IMG/VR virus record: IMGVR_UViG_3300042868_009047
Source: a virus
Taxonomy: Duplodnaviria > Caudoviricetes
DNA: 64,000 nucleotides
Reading direction: 5' to 3' (one strand)
Below the pieces are notes generated by a model, which worked only from the letters and a program-made list of their open reading frames with translations, did no database searches and was not told where the DNA came from. Of this stretch, positions 46,826-57,948 are shown piece after piece. Position 1 is the first letter of the stretch; every line of letters begins with the position of its first letter. Both the position numbers and the translations under genes were made by a program.

Positions 46826-48492
46826 ATCTTATCGGTATAAGTTTGGAATGAATCATTATTAGTATCGTCATTATTGTCACCAAATAAATCATCAGTAATA
46901 TTTCTAATATAATCAACGGTAACATTAACTGAATCAATATTTGTTATATCATTAACATTTAAAACATATTTCTTAGTTTTATTTTTTTCACTTAAAACAT
47001 GGAAATTTAACTTTTGGTAAACATATCTACTACCATTTAAAAAGGGAAAATCTATTAAATTACCTTCATCATTAGAAAAACCAAGATCTAATATATCTTT
47101 CCAAATAAATTTATCATTTTTTCTACTGTAAACAGCATACGTTGGTATAAATTTATTTGATGTGGAGTCTTCCACATATGTTGATTTTAACCTTAATTTT
47201 ATCTCATAAAATGGTTGATATTTGAATATAATATCATTATGGAAAAAATTATGCATTATTGGTGATATTAAGGTTTCGGTTAATGACTCAGAAGAATATT
47301 CGCAAATACCATAATCTAAGACATTATTTAAATCTGGTTTATCTGAGACATCAGATGTTGATTTTTCAGCCACTGTTTTTATACCCTCACCAGTATTTGT
47401 ATAATCAATTAAATAATTAAAATTAGATTCAACGGCTTCAAACGCATTTGTTTTTGTCGGCCCATTTTTTATAATACCAAGATAACATTCAGTTATTGGT
47501 TCATTTTTATTATCATACAAATCATTTATATCTAAATCATCAGTAAAATAGTAATTGACCAACCCGTTATTAAAAAGGTTGTTAGAGAAACCGCATTGAT
47601 CTAGGTCATCCGCTATTTTAACAATTTTTATTTGTTTAACGTAATATTCTAATACTTCATTGTCAACAACTTTAGATATAAAAAAATTTGGTTGTATTAA
47701 ATCATATGGTGCTGGTCTTGGTTTTTTTAGAGCATTTAATAATGTTGTATTATCAGTTGTTTGAACGTTTCTTATAACCCCAGTATACGAATTTGTTGCT
47801 GTTGCTGTTTCAATGCCCATTAAAGTTGCTGCGGTGTTAATGTTAGGTAATGATTGGTTTTCCTGTGCCACAGATGTGTAAAAGGTATTACTTGACATCG
47901 GAAAATCTATTGTGATTTTATTACCATTAACATTTACAATGTTATATGAACCACTCGCTAATTTAAGTGTATCCTCACTTCTTATATAAACCGTATCACC
48001 AACCAAAAAATTATGTTCAAAATGCAATAAAAAAGATGCTCTTTTGTCAGATGTTTTAGGGTTAGGGTGCATCACACTAGCTGGTAAACCTTTTGAAAAA
48101 TCAATATTAAATATTTTACTTGTATTACCATTTGCTGAAGTATATTTTATAGCATACTCCTTTTTACCTTTTGCTGAATTAAATTTAACTGGTATTGCTA
48201 AAACAACAGACCAATTATTTTTATTAAAAGTAAAAATATTTTTATCAACGTTTATTTTTATACGCCTATAGTGTATTTCTTTTGAAACAATAGGTGATAT
48301 TGTACCATAAATTTTATATTTTAGGTTTTCATTCTTTTCTTTAACAAACTGGTCATCCTGTGATACGTTAGTAAATAAATTATATTCATTTCTAACCATA
48401 GCAGGTTGTTCCAGTATAATTCTAGATTTTAATGTTTCGTTGGTTGCACCAAAAAACTTTTTTGAACCTAATACTTCAACAATATCACTCAT
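46819..48492 (-). CDS. Hypothetical structural protein (557 aa)
   Basis: Long tiling ORF with short overlaps to both neighbours. Confidence 0.8.
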   Translation of the reverse strand: MSDIVEVLGSKKFFGATNETLKSRIILEQPAMVRNEYNLFTNVSQDDQFVKEKNENLKYKIYGTISPIVSKEIHYRRIKINVDKNIFTFNKNNWSVVLAIPVKFNSAKGKKEYAIKYTSANGNTSKIFNIDFSKGLPASVMHPNPKTSDKRASFLLHFEHNFLVGDTVYIRSEDTLKLASGSYNIVNVNGNKITIDFPMSSNTFYTSVAQENQSLPNINTAATLMGIETATATNSYTGVIRNVQTTDNTTLLNALKKPRPAPYDLIQPNFFISKVVDNEVLEYYVKQIKIVKIADDLDQCGFSNNLFNNGLVNYYFTDDLDINDLYDNKNEPITECYLGIIKNGPTKTNAFEAVESNFNYLIDYTNTGEGIKTVAEKSTSDVSDKPDLNNVLDYGICEYSSESLTETLISPIMHNFFHNDIIFKYQPFYEIKLRLKSTYVEDSTSNKFIPTYAVYSRKNDKFIWKDILDLGFSNDEGNLIDFPFLNGSRYVYQKLNFHVLSEKNKTKKYVLNVNDITNIDSVNVTVDYIRNITDDLFGDNNDDTNNDSFQTYTDKIC

Positions 48493-50734
48493 TATTTGTA
48501 AAATAATTTTTTTCTATCGATCTTAATCCATTCGCACCATCCCAATAACCAAAATAATAATAATTCCCTTTGTATCTATTTGATATATCTGGATTAAATG
48601 TTGTTGGCGCTGCATTACCAGTATAAAAACCGTATGAAGTATAAACCTTATTATCTATTAATTCTTTTAATTCATCTGTAATATCATATATTGAGGTTTC
48701 TAAAACAGGAAATTTGTTTTGAAAATCTGTTGACGATATAAATGACCCAAACGTAAAGTTAGGACTATATGCTTGCGTAAATCTTCTGTGGACCCCACCA
48801 TCGTTTGTTGTCGCTTCATCGCTTTTAGCTAGCTCAACAGCAAATAAACTTAAATTTAAAGGCCCGTCTGAATTATCGCCAAAATTATAGGTTCTGCTAT
48901 CACCATAAAAATTTTCATTGGTAGCTTGGTTCACAAAATCATTACCATTAAATATTTCACTAAACACGTTACCCTGATTTAAACCAGATAACCCAGAACC
49001 TATACCAGTGTGGTATTCGTGGTCCCTAACCTTTTCGCTATAAGAATTGGCTGGCGGTATCCATATTAAATTCAATACGTTTTTAGGGAAAATCATAGCT
49101 GGATCATAATTTTTATCATAAGCCTCATTTGTGTAATCAATCTTATCTCTATCAAACCCAGGTGCGACATCAATAAGATATCTTGGTATTAAAGCTGAAC
49201 CAATTATCTCAACAGTATTAACGTAAATAGCTTCTTCCCTACTTAAAGGAAAATTCCATTCAACATCTTTATTAATGTTTATTGACGGAAAATATGTTAA
49301 TTCACTACCAACCAATGAAACATTATCGTTTCTATGTTTATTATACCTAGTTTTTAATGTATAAAATTTTCGTCTTTTATTAATTAAATCATATTCAAAT
49401 AAACCGTTTTTGGTGCCTTCCCATCCACCAGTTAATGGCTCGCCAGCTGTTGATGCTGGTATTCTTATACCTGGTGTTAGTGCTAATTTAAATCCACCCC
49501 AAGGTATTCTGGTTTGGAAAGCTTCTCCGTTTTCATATAACTCAAATGCGTAATAACCTTTTGTTGGTATGCTATTTTCGGTATCATCGGTTGGTACTAG
49601 ATCACCAAATTGAGTTAGTTTGTAATAATCCATGTACATTGGTAATGATACCCTAAATATACCTGTACCCTTTTCAGCTTTAAAAGCACCAACTCTAACC
49701 CTACTACCTGGTGTTAGTTTATCATCTAATCTATAAACAACAACCACCATGTTATCAAGAGGCCAAATCTCACATGTGTCACGATTTAATAATTTATCAA
49801 ATCCAAAAACTTCTATTTGTTCTTCGCCACCATAAAGTGAAAAATTATGGTTTTCGTTTATATAATAACCAGCGCTTGGGCTTCCAATCCAGCCAAAAAA
49901 TATTGCAGTCGGTGTATATTTGTAATTAACCTTGAAGTCACATCTTGTGATACCAACATCATGCTCAACATCATCACCCCAAAAAGGTGATACATTAATT
50001 TGTTTTACCTCGTTAAAGATATTAGGCATTTGATTAATGTTTGTTTTTACCTCAACATTAAAGGTACCATTTTTTTGATAAACATAATTTGGTATTTGAT
50101 TTATATCTGCGGTATTTGCTGTGCCTGTTGATGTTGCTATAGCTTGTATACTCGTATATTGAGTTGTTGTTTCGACCAAATCATTAGCGGATAGCTCAAA
50201 ACTTTTTGTGTCAAAAAGATCAAAATCCATCATAATATTATGTGAACCAACGGGTATACCAAATATCATATAATCACCAGAATCATTTGTTATTGCGGTA
50301 TACTTATAATACTTCTCCATTATCTCAACATATTGTGGATAGTGAACAAAATCATTTGCGTTTGGTAAATTACCCACAGCTCTATGACTTGGGTTTTGAT
50401 TCCTATTTCTAGGCAATAAATTATATCTGACTCCATTAGGAAATTGATCATTAACAGTTTCAAATGGGTATAATTCAGTTATTTCAGGTCTAAGTTTGTC
50501 ATCAGCTGTTATAGGTACAAATATCGATACCCTAGCATTTTGCAAACCATAACCATTTGTCGTCTGAACCCTACCAACAATAACCCCAAAATCAGATGAT
50601 GATTTTCTATAAACATCTGTGCTGGATATCTTTAAACTTAAAATTTCTAGATTATCGAAATCGTCTTCTAAGTTTACCTGTATCCTTTCATTTGTTTGGC
50701 TATCATTTAAAACTATTCTAATGTTTTTTTCCAT
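48485..50734 (-). CDS. Structural protein (749 aa) with an N-terminal prealbumin/carboxypeptidase-regulatory-like beta-sandwich
   Basis: GVIVGRVQTTNGYGLQNARVSIF ... TAITNDSGDYMIFGIPVGSHNI. Confidence 0.7.
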   Translation of the reverse strand: MEKNIRIVLNDSQTNERIQVNLEDDFDNLEILSLKISSTDVYRKSSSDFGVIVGRVQTTNGYGLQNARVSIFVPITADDKLRPEITELYPFETVNDQFPNGVRYNLLPRNRNQNPSHRAVGNLPNANDFVHYPQYVEIMEKYYKYTAITNDSGDYMIFGIPVGSHNIMMDFDLFDTKSFELSANDLVETTTQYTSIQAIATSTGTANTADINQIPNYVYQKNGTFNVEVKTNINQMPNIFNEVKQINVSPFWGDDVEHDVGITRCDFKVNYKYTPTAIFFGWIGSPSAGYYINENHNFSLYGGEEQIEVFGFDKLLNRDTCEIWPLDNMVVVVYRLDDKLTPGSRVRVGAFKAEKGTGIFRVSLPMYMDYYKLTQFGDLVPTDDTENSIPTKGYYAFELYENGEAFQTRIPWGGFKLALTPGIRIPASTAGEPLTGGWEGTKNGLFEYDLINKRRKFYTLKTRYNKHRNDNVSLVGSELTYFPSININKDVEWNFPLSREEAIYVNTVEIIGSALIPRYLIDVAPGFDRDKIDYTNEAYDKNYDPAMIFPKNVLNLIWIPPANSYSEKVRDHEYHTGIGSGLSGLNQGNVFSEIFNGNDFVNQATNENFYGDSRTYNFGDNSDGPLNLSLFAVELAKSDEATTNDGGVHRRFTQAYSPNFTFGSFISSTDFQNKFPVLETSIYDITDELKELIDNKVYTSYGFYTGNAAPTTFNPDISNRYKGNYYYFGYWDGANGLRSIEKNYFTNNE

Positions 50735-50736
50735 AA

Positions 50737-52551
50737 TTAATTAATTCCCGTTGCGATAACTGGTATCACTTTTATATCAACATCACTGTTTCTAATATTT
50801 AACATTTGATACTCATCAACAATAATATAATTGTTTGTTATATCCATCTCACCAGTTACGGAATCAATTAAAGATTGACTAGTGGTATTGGTTGAGTAAC
50901 CAACACCTGTTTTATTAAATGCTTTAACATAATTTATATTTAAAACACCATCAACCTGTGTCATTTTTTTAATCATCTCACCAACACTATAACTCTTACC
51001 CAATTGTTTTTTAGCATCCAAAAATTCATTACTAACAATTGTTGTTATGTTTGATACTGCGGATATTTGTTGGCCGTTTTCAACCAATACACCAATTTCG
51101 AACCCTAAATCAACTATTTCAGCTGGTTTAACAACAACATAATCATTTATCATTCTAAATTTTGATAAGTATGCCGCGATATTTTCCATCAATAAAGATG
51201 TAACAGTGTTTGATATATCACCATTTGCGTCATATGATAAAACACCTATTTCAATTTTGTTTTGTTTTTGTGTTATACTTGTTTTTGCTGGTGCACCAAA
51301 CTTACTTGGCATACTTAGTAATAAAACTTTATAATCGTTTAATGTTACAGCCCTATTTTGAGCTGCAAAGTTATATCCGATATAGTTTCTTAACTCCTCA
51401 ATAGTCGGTTCATCTGATCCACCGACAGCTGGGGTTGTATTTGTTACCACTACCGAAGATTGTACTGTTGAATTAATCGCTGAATCTGGGCCATTTATAT
51501 TTGCAACCAATCTATTGATTGTTGTTATAGTACCAGGGCCAGCGTTTGTACCAACACCACCACCAATTCTATATTTAACAAACAATGTTGTATTTGCTAT
51601 CGGTGCCATACCTAAACTACCGTTTCTCAAAAAACTTTTAAGGTTAAATGTACCACCGTCTAAGAAATCATCTAAAATATCAAAAGATGAATCTGTTTGT
51701 GCACCAAATGTTACTGAACAAAACCCTTTTGGTGTAAATTCGGTTATATATCTTTTATCTATTTTTTGATAAATACCTTTAGCAATACCATTTACTCTAG
51801 GGGAGTTTGTGTCTTCAACAAAAACACTGTCTTCAGCTAATGAAGGTACCTCATACCATCTATTTGGGCTGTTAATAAACTCGCTGTCAGTTGGCGTTGC
51901 TGTAAATGTTGTACCAGCTTTATGAATCACTGATTCAACCGATAAAACATTATTTTCTGGTAAAATTATTTTATAAAAAGGTATTGAATTAACAAAAGTT
52001 TGATTAAATACCTTTGTTGTACCAGCTATGATAATACCAGTTTTTGTTATTGAATAACTTGCAATTTTGTTATTAATAAAAATAGGTCTTTTTGTTCTAT
52101 CAACATTACCTGAACTATTTGTTGCTGAGGTAAAATCAACATCATACAATAACTCATATGTATTTTCACCATTTGATACTTGCGTACCAGATTTAATAAT
52201 AGGTAGGTATCTAATATCTTCTTGATCACCAAAAACAGGTACCTGAGCTGTAAACTCAACAACAGCCACAGCAGACGATTTTGTGGGCAATTTAAGGCCA
52301 TAAGTCTTAGCTATGTTATACAATGATTGTTTTTCCTGTGCATAGTCTAAAACAGTCTCCTGTAAGGCTCTATCGATCTGATAGTTTAAGTTATCCGCAA
52401 TAGCGGCATTTAAATCTAAGAACACCGATAATATCGATGCGTCATTAAAACTTTGTACAACTTCAGGGTAATACTGTTTAATATAGTTTATTTGCTCCGT
52501 TTTTAAGGAAGCAAAATCTCTTTTACTATAATTTATTTGTCTATTTGCCAT
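50737..52551 (-). CDS. Baseplate wedge subunit (T4 gp6/baseplate J-like)
   Basis: INYSKRDFASLK, AQEKQSLYNIAKTYG, AVGGSDEPTIEELR and AQNRAVTLNDY motifs. Confidence 0.88.
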   Translation of the reverse strand: MANRQINYSKRDFASLKTEQINYIKQYYPEVVQSFNDASILSVFLDLNAAIADNLNYQIDRALQETVLDYAQEKQSLYNIAKTYGLKLPTKSSAVAVVEFTAQVPVFGDQEDIRYLPIIKSGTQVSNGENTYELLYDVDFTSATNSSGNVDRTKRPIFINNKIASYSITKTGIIIAGTTKVFNQTFVNSIPFYKIILPENNVLSVESVIHKAGTTFTATPTDSEFINSPNRWYEVPSLAEDSVFVEDTNSPRVNGIAKGIYQKIDKRYITEFTPKGFCSVTFGAQTDSSFDILDDFLDGGTFNLKSFLRNGSLGMAPIANTTLFVKYRIGGGVGTNAGPGTITTINRLVANINGPDSAINSTVQSSVVVTNTTPAVGGSDEPTIEELRNYIGYNFAAQNRAVTLNDYKVLLLSMPSKFGAPAKTSITQKQNKIEIGVLSYDANGDISNTVTSLLMENIAAYLSKFRMINDYVVVKPAEIVDLGFEIGVLVENGQQISAVSNITTIVSNEFLDAKKQLGKSYSVGEMIKKMTQVDGVLNINYVKAFNKTGVGYSTNTTSQSLIDSVTGEMDITNNYIIVDEYQMLNIRNSDVDIKVIPVIATGIN

Positions 52552-52552
52552 T

Positions 52553-52969
52553 TTATACTGTTATTGATAATTTATCGCTCGTTGAGAATGTCTTGGAGCT
52601 TATTGTGTAATCTAAATTTATTCTAATTTGGTGTTCTTTTTCTGTATTATTTAAAAACTCAGCCTCATCCCCAACTTTTGTAATATTGATGGCGTTTAAT
52701 TTTAGGTTTGGTATGTATTTTTCAACAGCATCCTGTATTTCATTTTCAATTTTACCAAGGGTTGTTTCATCTAATGGTTCGAATATATACTGATATAAAT
52801 TTGTACCAAAATCTGGTAAATAATATCTGGAACCCCTTTTAGTTAAAAGAAGATGTATTAGCATAGATTTTACTTCAGCTTCTGGTATACTGGTCAAACC
52901 AACATAATCTCCACTACTTGATTCAGTAAACGGGAAATCAATACCAAATGTTTGTTTTTTAATTGCCAT
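52553..52969 (-). CDS. Baseplate gp25/gpW-like protein
   Basis: LIHLLLTKRGSRYYLPDFGTNLYQYIFEPL motif; adjacent to the gp6-like gene. Confidence 0.9.
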   Translation of the reverse strand: MAIKKQTFGIDFPFTESSSGDYVGLTSIPEAEVKSMLIHLLLTKRGSRYYLPDFGTNLYQYIFEPLDETTLGKIENEIQDAVEKYIPNLKLNAINITKVGDEAEFLNNTEKEHQIRINLDYTISSKTFSTSDKLSITV

Positions 52970-52976
52970 ATTCTTT

Positions 52977-52988
52977 TATAAATAAATA
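52977..52988 (-). promoter_or_regulatory. Overlapping TATTTATT/TATTTATA motifs heading the baseplate operon
   Basis: GATATTTATTTATA lies 7 nt upstream of ATG 52969, just after the nrdA terminator. Confidence 0.55.
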
Positions 52989-53010
52989 TCGTAATAATTT
53001 ATTTTTTGTA

Positions 53011-53042
53011 AATAAAAAAATCCCACTAGTTAGGTGGGATTT
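53011..53042 (-). terminator. Rho-independent terminator after nrdA
   Basis: AAATCCCAC-N7-GTGGGATTT with a T-run on the minus strand. Confidence 0.85.
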
Positions 53043-53070
53043 ATCTTGCCAGTTTGATAAGTAAGGTTAA

Positions 53071-55485
53071 TTAAGCGCTACACCCAAAACAATCAAATTG
53101 ACTGTTTTCTGGTTTAACCGATTCCTGAACTTGCATTGGTTCTGGTTTAGGTGTGATTACAGCGGTTGGTGTTTCAGCACTGGTAATGCTAATTGCCAAG
53201 TGTTTTGCGCCTGTTGAGATAGCTTTTGTTCTAACATAGTAACAAAGTGATTTAAGACCACGTTTCCAAGCCCAGAAGTGACTAGATGACAATTTCTGTA
53301 CAGTTGGATTCTGGAAATAAACGTTCATAGACTGAGATTGGTCAATGAAAGGTGCTCTGTCAGCCGCCATATCAATCAATTCTTTCTGTGAAACTTCCCA
53401 AATTATTCTATATTTTTGAATTAAATGTTCAATTCTTTTAATTTTTTTCTCATAATGTTTGTCAGTTGTATCCAAAAATTTATTAAAATTAATATTTTGG
53501 ATAGACCCTTCGTTCATAATTATTTCGTTTTTAAATGTTTCTGACCAAATACCCAAATCTTCAAAATCTTCAATTAAATATTTATTAGCGATTAAAAACT
53601 CACCACCAACAACTCTTCTGTTGAATAAATTAGATGGTATAACTTCGGTCATCTCATATGAACCAGTAATTTTAGCCGAAGATGCCACTGGCATTTGTGC
53701 CGTGAATAATGAGTTACAAACACCGTAAGTTTTAACATTTTCTTTTAAAGAGTCCCAATCCCACATCAATTCACTTTGATCAATACCCCACATATCAAAT
53801 TGGAATATACCTTTTGACATTGGAGAACCTTTAAAATGTTTGTAAGGTTTGTATTCACCAATTTTACACAACTCATTACTTTCAGTGATAGCAGCAAAGT
53901 AAATTGTTTCGAATATTTTTTTATTAAGGGTTTTAGCCTCTTCAGATGTAAATACATAATCCATTAAAAAGAATACATCGGCAAGTCCTTGCACACCAAT
54001 AGCAATTGCTCTTTGGTCTAAGCCACCTTTTTTACCTTTTTCGGTCGAGTATGAGTTAATGTCAACAACTTTGTTAAGTGCTCTAACAATTTTTTTAACC
54101 TCAACATAAAGTCGGTCAAAATCAAATGTTTTGTTTTTAACATAGTTTTTAACAACTACAGATGATAATGTACAAATAGCTGTTGTCTTTTCGTCCGTAA
54201 ACTGGTAAATCTCGTTACAAAGATTTGATTGTTTAATAACACCAATATTTTGGTGATTGGTTTTTCTATTAGCATTGTCTTTTGAACAAAGGTAAGGTAC
54301 ACCACTTTCAACTTGCGATTCAATAACTTTAATCCAGATTTCCTGAGCCTTTATTTTCTTTCCTAAGCCCATTTCTACAGCTTTGTTATAGTTATCCTCA
54401 TATTCATCCCCAAAACACTCCTGAAGTGGTTTTAAACCGTTCTTAACGATGTCATTTGGGCAGAATAAATACCAATCAGTATCATCCTGGACCGCTCTCA
54501 TGAAATTATCTGGGATCCACAACGCTGTGAACAAATCTCTTGCTCTTAATTCTTCAGCGCCAGTATTCTTTTTAAGTTCAAGTAAGTCAAAAATATCTTT
54601 GTGCCATGGTTCAATATAAATTGCAGCACTTCCTGGCCTACGACCTTGTTGATTAAAGAAACGAAGTGATTCGTTTACGATTTTAAGGTATTTTAATAAC
54701 CCACCAGCAAATCCACCAGATGTTTTAATTCTACTTTCTTTACTACGGATATTTGACATACATAAACCAATACCAGCTGCATCAGCAGAATAAACTGAGA
54801 TGTCTCTCAAACTATCTAAAAGACCGTTTCTTGAGTCATCGTTATTGTAATGCAATACACACGATGCTAATTGAGGAATTTTGGTACCTGAATTAATCAT
54901 GATTGGTGTTGCGGGTGAAATGAATTGATTAGATAATGCTTCGTAGTACTCAACTGCCTCTTCAAACGATTTAGTCACCCATAAAGCTACACGCATATAC
55001 ATGTGTTGTGGTCTTTCAATTTGTTTACCCTGTGATGTTTTTGTTAAATACATCTCATGTAAAGATCTCCAAGCAAAATAGTCAAACTGAAAATCTCTTT
55101 CATGATCGATAGCCGCATCTATTTCATCAGCACCATACTCTTCAATCATTTTTATTAAATCTTCATTGATGATACTATCCTCAGCTAACAATTTCATTGT
55201 TTCGGTAAAGCTTGGGTTTGTTTCTTTGTGATAAGATGATATGGCGATATGTGCGGCCAATTTACTGTAATCGTAATGACTACCAGTATATGATGCCGCT
55301 ATTTCAGCCAACAACTTATCAATTTCTTTTGTTGTTATAACACCCTCATTTGGTAATGAGGTAATTCCTTTTATAAAAATTTCGTCTGAACTAACCTTTA
55401 ACCCTTTAGCGGCTTTCTTAATCCTAGTCAAAATTTTTGACGGATTAAACGCAGTTTGCTCATCATTACGTTTTTGTATGATCAT
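53071..55485 (-). CDS. nrdA: Ribonucleoside-diphosphate reductase class Ia alpha subunit (N-terminal ATP cone)
   Basis: ISPATP, QLASCVL, QGRRPGSAAIYIEPWH, SNLCNEI, CTLSS, AQMPVASSAK and C-terminal YYVRT...CFGCSA. Confidence 0.97.
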   Translation of the reverse strand: MIIQKRNDEQTAFNPSKILTRIKKAAKGLKVSSDEIFIKGITSLPNEGVITTKEIDKLLAEIAASYTGSHYDYSKLAAHIAISSYHKETNPSFTETMKLLAEDSIINEDLIKMIEEYGADEIDAAIDHERDFQFDYFAWRSLHEMYLTKTSQGKQIERPQHMYMRVALWVTKSFEEAVEYYEALSNQFISPATPIMINSGTKIPQLASCVLHYNNDDSRNGLLDSLRDISVYSADAAGIGLCMSNIRSKESRIKTSGGFAGGLLKYLKIVNESLRFFNQQGRRPGSAAIYIEPWHKDIFDLLELKKNTGAEELRARDLFTALWIPDNFMRAVQDDTDWYLFCPNDIVKNGLKPLQECFGDEYEDNYNKAVEMGLGKKIKAQEIWIKVIESQVESGVPYLCSKDNANRKTNHQNIGVIKQSNLCNEIYQFTDEKTTAICTLSSVVVKNYVKNKTFDFDRLYVEVKKIVRALNKVVDINSYSTEKGKKGGLDQRAIAIGVQGLADVFFLMDYVFTSEEAKTLNKKIFETIYFAAITESNELCKIGEYKPYKHFKGSPMSKGIFQFDMWGIDQSELMWDWDSLKENVKTYGVCNSLFTAQMPVASSAKITGSYEMTEVIPSNLFNRRVVGGEFLIANKYLIEDFEDLGIWSETFKNEIIMNEGSIQNINFNKFLDTTDKHYEKKIKRIEHLIQKYRIIWEVSQKELIDMAADRAPFIDQSQSMNVYFQNPTVQKLSSSHFWAWKRGLKSLCYYVRTKAISTGAKHLAISITSAETPTAVITPKPEPMQVQESVKPENSQFDCFGCSA

Positions 55486-55513
55486 TTTATTTTTTTTATT
55501 TGTTTAGTTTAAT

Positions 55514-56464
55514 TTAAAAATCTTCAGTAAAGCTAAGCTTCTCATTCAATTTAGCTTTCTGATACTCTACTGTTCTTGACTCAAAAAAGTTACCTTTTGT
55601 CTCTACAGCAATTTGTTCCATGAATTTAAAAGGTTGTTCAACATTGAACTCTTTTTTGCACCCAAATTTAACCAACAAACCATCTGTAACAAACTCTAAA
55701 TATTGTTTCATTAAGTTTGAGTTCATACCAATAAGTGACACTGGTAATGACTCTGTGATAAATTCTTTTTCTATTTCCAAAGCAGATAATAAAATCTCTC
55801 TGATTCTAGCTTCTGATGGTTTATTTTCAATGTGATTGTTGATTAGGTGTATTGCGAAATCACAATGTAAATTTTCATCTTTAAAAATAAGCGTATTTGC
55901 GTTACATAAACCCTGCATTAAACCTCTTGATTTTAACCAAAAAATTGAACAAAAGGATCCTGAAAAGAAAATACCCTCTACTGCTGCAAATGCAACTAGT
56001 CTTTCTTGAAAAGAAGCGCTTTCAATCCAATTAAAAGCCCACTTAGCTTTTTTCTGTACCGCTGGTAAATGTTCCAATGCCCTGAAACTTTCTAGTTTTT
56101 CTTGTGCGTTTGATATGTAAGTATCAATTAACAAAGAATACATAAGGCTGTGGATGTTTTCCATGGCAATCTGAATCCCGTAAAAAAACTTGGCTTCTGG
56201 GTATTGCACTTCCTTTAAAAAATTCTCAGCAAGGTTTTCATTTACAATACCATCCGATGAGGCAAAGAATGATAAAATGTTTTTAACAAAATACCTTTCA
56301 TTATCCGTTAAGTTTTGCCAATCCCTAATATCGTTAGATAGGTCAATTTCTTCTGCCGTCCAAAATGCGGCCTGATGTTGCTTATAGAACTCCCAAATGT
56401 CGTTGTGTTCGATGGGGAAAATAACAAACCTATTTGGATTTTCCTGTAAAATTTTTTCTTGCAT
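55514..56464 (-). CDS. nrdB: Ribonucleoside-diphosphate reductase class Ia beta subunit
   Basis: [43 protein letters not shown] and NFFE.R..EY. Confidence 0.97.
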   Translation of the reverse strand: MQEKILQENPNRFVIFPIEHNDIWEFYKQHQAAFWTAEEIDLSNDIRDWQNLTDNERYFVKNILSFFASSDGIVNENLAENFLKEVQYPEAKFFYGIQIAMENIHSLMYSLLIDTYISNAQEKLESFRALEHLPAVQKKAKWAFNWIESASFQERLVAFAAVEGIFFSGSFCSIFWLKSRGLMQGLCNANTLIFKDENLHCDFAIHLINNHIENKPSEARIREILLSALEIEKEFITESLPVSLIGMNSNLMKQYLEFVTDGLLVKFGCKKEFNVEQPFKFMEQIAVETKGNFFESRTVEYQKAKLNEKLSFTEDF

Positions 56465-56497
56465 AATTTTTTATTGATCTTTAATTTTTCTTGTTTA

Positions 56498-56517
56498 AAT
56501 AAATATGGGCAAAGATA
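56498..56517 (-). promoter_or_regulatory. Tandem host-type -7 element (TATCTTTG) and TATTTATT motif upstream of nrdB
   Basis: TATCTTTG at 56517-56510, then TATTTATT at 56505-56498; no TTTG at the -33 spacing. Confidence 0.5.
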
Positions 56518-56523
56518 CAATTA

Positions 56524-57936
56524 TTATCCTAAATCTGCACTAATTTCTGTCGTTTCTTCTTTATCTTTTTTCAACCCTTCAAGATATTTTCTTCTACTTT
56601 CAACGCTTTGCTGTTGTTTTTGGGTCTCAAAACCTTTTTCAGTTAACATATCATTTGTGTCAATTAAAATTCTTGAGTTGTCAAATAAACAATCTTTAAA
56701 TATCATACCATCATCACCCATACGGTTTTTAAGGATTGATATTGTTGCAACCTTTTGATCTTTTTGTTCAAGGGTTTTACCGATACTCATAATAAAGTGA
56801 GCAATCTGCGCCTTTTTAAGGTTACCACCCATGTTTTCAGTTTTAACAACCTCAACACTCGTTGAGCTTCTGTTACCCTGGGTTGCGGTCCAACCAGCAA
56901 CATTCATCTCGTCTACCATACTTTCAAATGCACGCATGATCTTACCCTCATTTGACCACTCCTCTGAATTTGAGTGCTCTTTCTCCATAGAAAGGCAGTC
57001 GATGTAGTCTAAGACGAGTATGTCTACTTTAGTGCCCTTAGAATTGATTTTTTTGATTATGTTTTTGATTTTATTTATCGTAACACCATCGGCTGGTAAT
57101 TTCTGTAAATACAAATTATTTTTGTGTTCATCTTTAATCAGTTTAATCTTACTTTGTATTAAAGATTTATTATCAGATAACTCACTAAGAGGTATAGCAG
57201 TTAAAGCTGAAAAGTGTTTTCTTTGCACAGCTTCTTCTTTATCTTCAAAAAATATTTGTAACACAGTTTTACCGCTAAGAAATGCGCTACTAGCGACTTT
57301 TGTTAAGAAAGTCGTTTTACCAACACCAAGTGGTGCAATAACTAAACCAACCTCACCTTTTGATAGCCCACCTTTTGTGCAACTATCAATACCATGAATA
57401 CCTGTTGGTATTGGATCTCTATAATCTTCTGATAATACCTTGTCTATGTTATCAAATACTAAAATAGGATCTTGTTCTTCCTTAAAGGTAATAGCATCCT
57501 TAATCTTTTTTTCGATTTCATCGTAGTCTGAAATAACACCACGGTCTAATTTTGTTTTTATCTCATTTACAGCAGTACGTATTGACTGTAATTTACAGAA
57601 TTTTTTAGCATTATTCTGTGTATTTAAATTACCAACTTTACAATCTTCTATATCGTTGATAGTATCATCTAATTGCGTTCTAAACGCTTCATGCTCAACA
57701 GGAATTTCGTTTTTAACCTCAAGTCTTAATGATGGGAAATTTAATAACACATCATGTTCTTTATGGTAATTCTTAATTATGTGAGCAATCTTTTGGAAAG
57801 CCTCAGACGGAAAATACTTTGGTTCAATAATATCAATTATTGATTCACCAAATTTGTGGTCTGTAACTATTTCATTAATTAATTGTAATTGAAAGTCTTT
57901 GCCTAAATCTTCAAAGCTGCTTATTATATTGGCCAT
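56524..57936 (-). CDS. Replicative DnaB/gp41-like helicase
   Basis: Walker A APLGVGKTT, FFED, Walker B LVLDYID, WTATQGNR and KNRMG. Confidence 0.92.
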   Translation of the reverse strand: MANIISSFEDLGKDFQLQLINEIVTDHKFGESIIDIIEPKYFPSEAFQKIAHIIKNYHKEHDVLLNFPSLRLEVKNEIPVEHEAFRTQLDDTINDIEDCKVGNLNTQNNAKKFCKLQSIRTAVNEIKTKLDRGVISDYDEIEKKIKDAITFKEEQDPILVFDNIDKVLSEDYRDPIPTGIHGIDSCTKGGLSKGEVGLVIAPLGVGKTTFLTKVASSAFLSGKTVLQIFFEDKEEAVQRKHFSALTAIPLSELSDNKSLIQSKIKLIKDEHKNNLYLQKLPADGVTINKIKNIIKKINSKGTKVDILVLDYIDCLSMEKEHSNSEEWSNEGKIMRAFESMVDEMNVAGWTATQGNRSSTSVEVVKTENMGGNLKKAQIAHFIMSIGKTLEQKDQKVATISILKNRMGDDGMIFKDCLFDNSRILIDTNDMLTEKGFETQKQQQSVESRRKYLEGLKKDKEETTEISADLG

Positions 57937-57948
57937 TTAATTTTATTT

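Noticed and set aside
53071-56464. Eukaryotic giant-virus origin suggested by the eukaryote-like class Ia RNR
   Set aside because: This RNR subtype also occurs in Bacteroidota, and sigma-70, ClpP, baseplate genes, peptidoglycan hydrolases and bacterial promoters and terminators indicate a bacteriophage.
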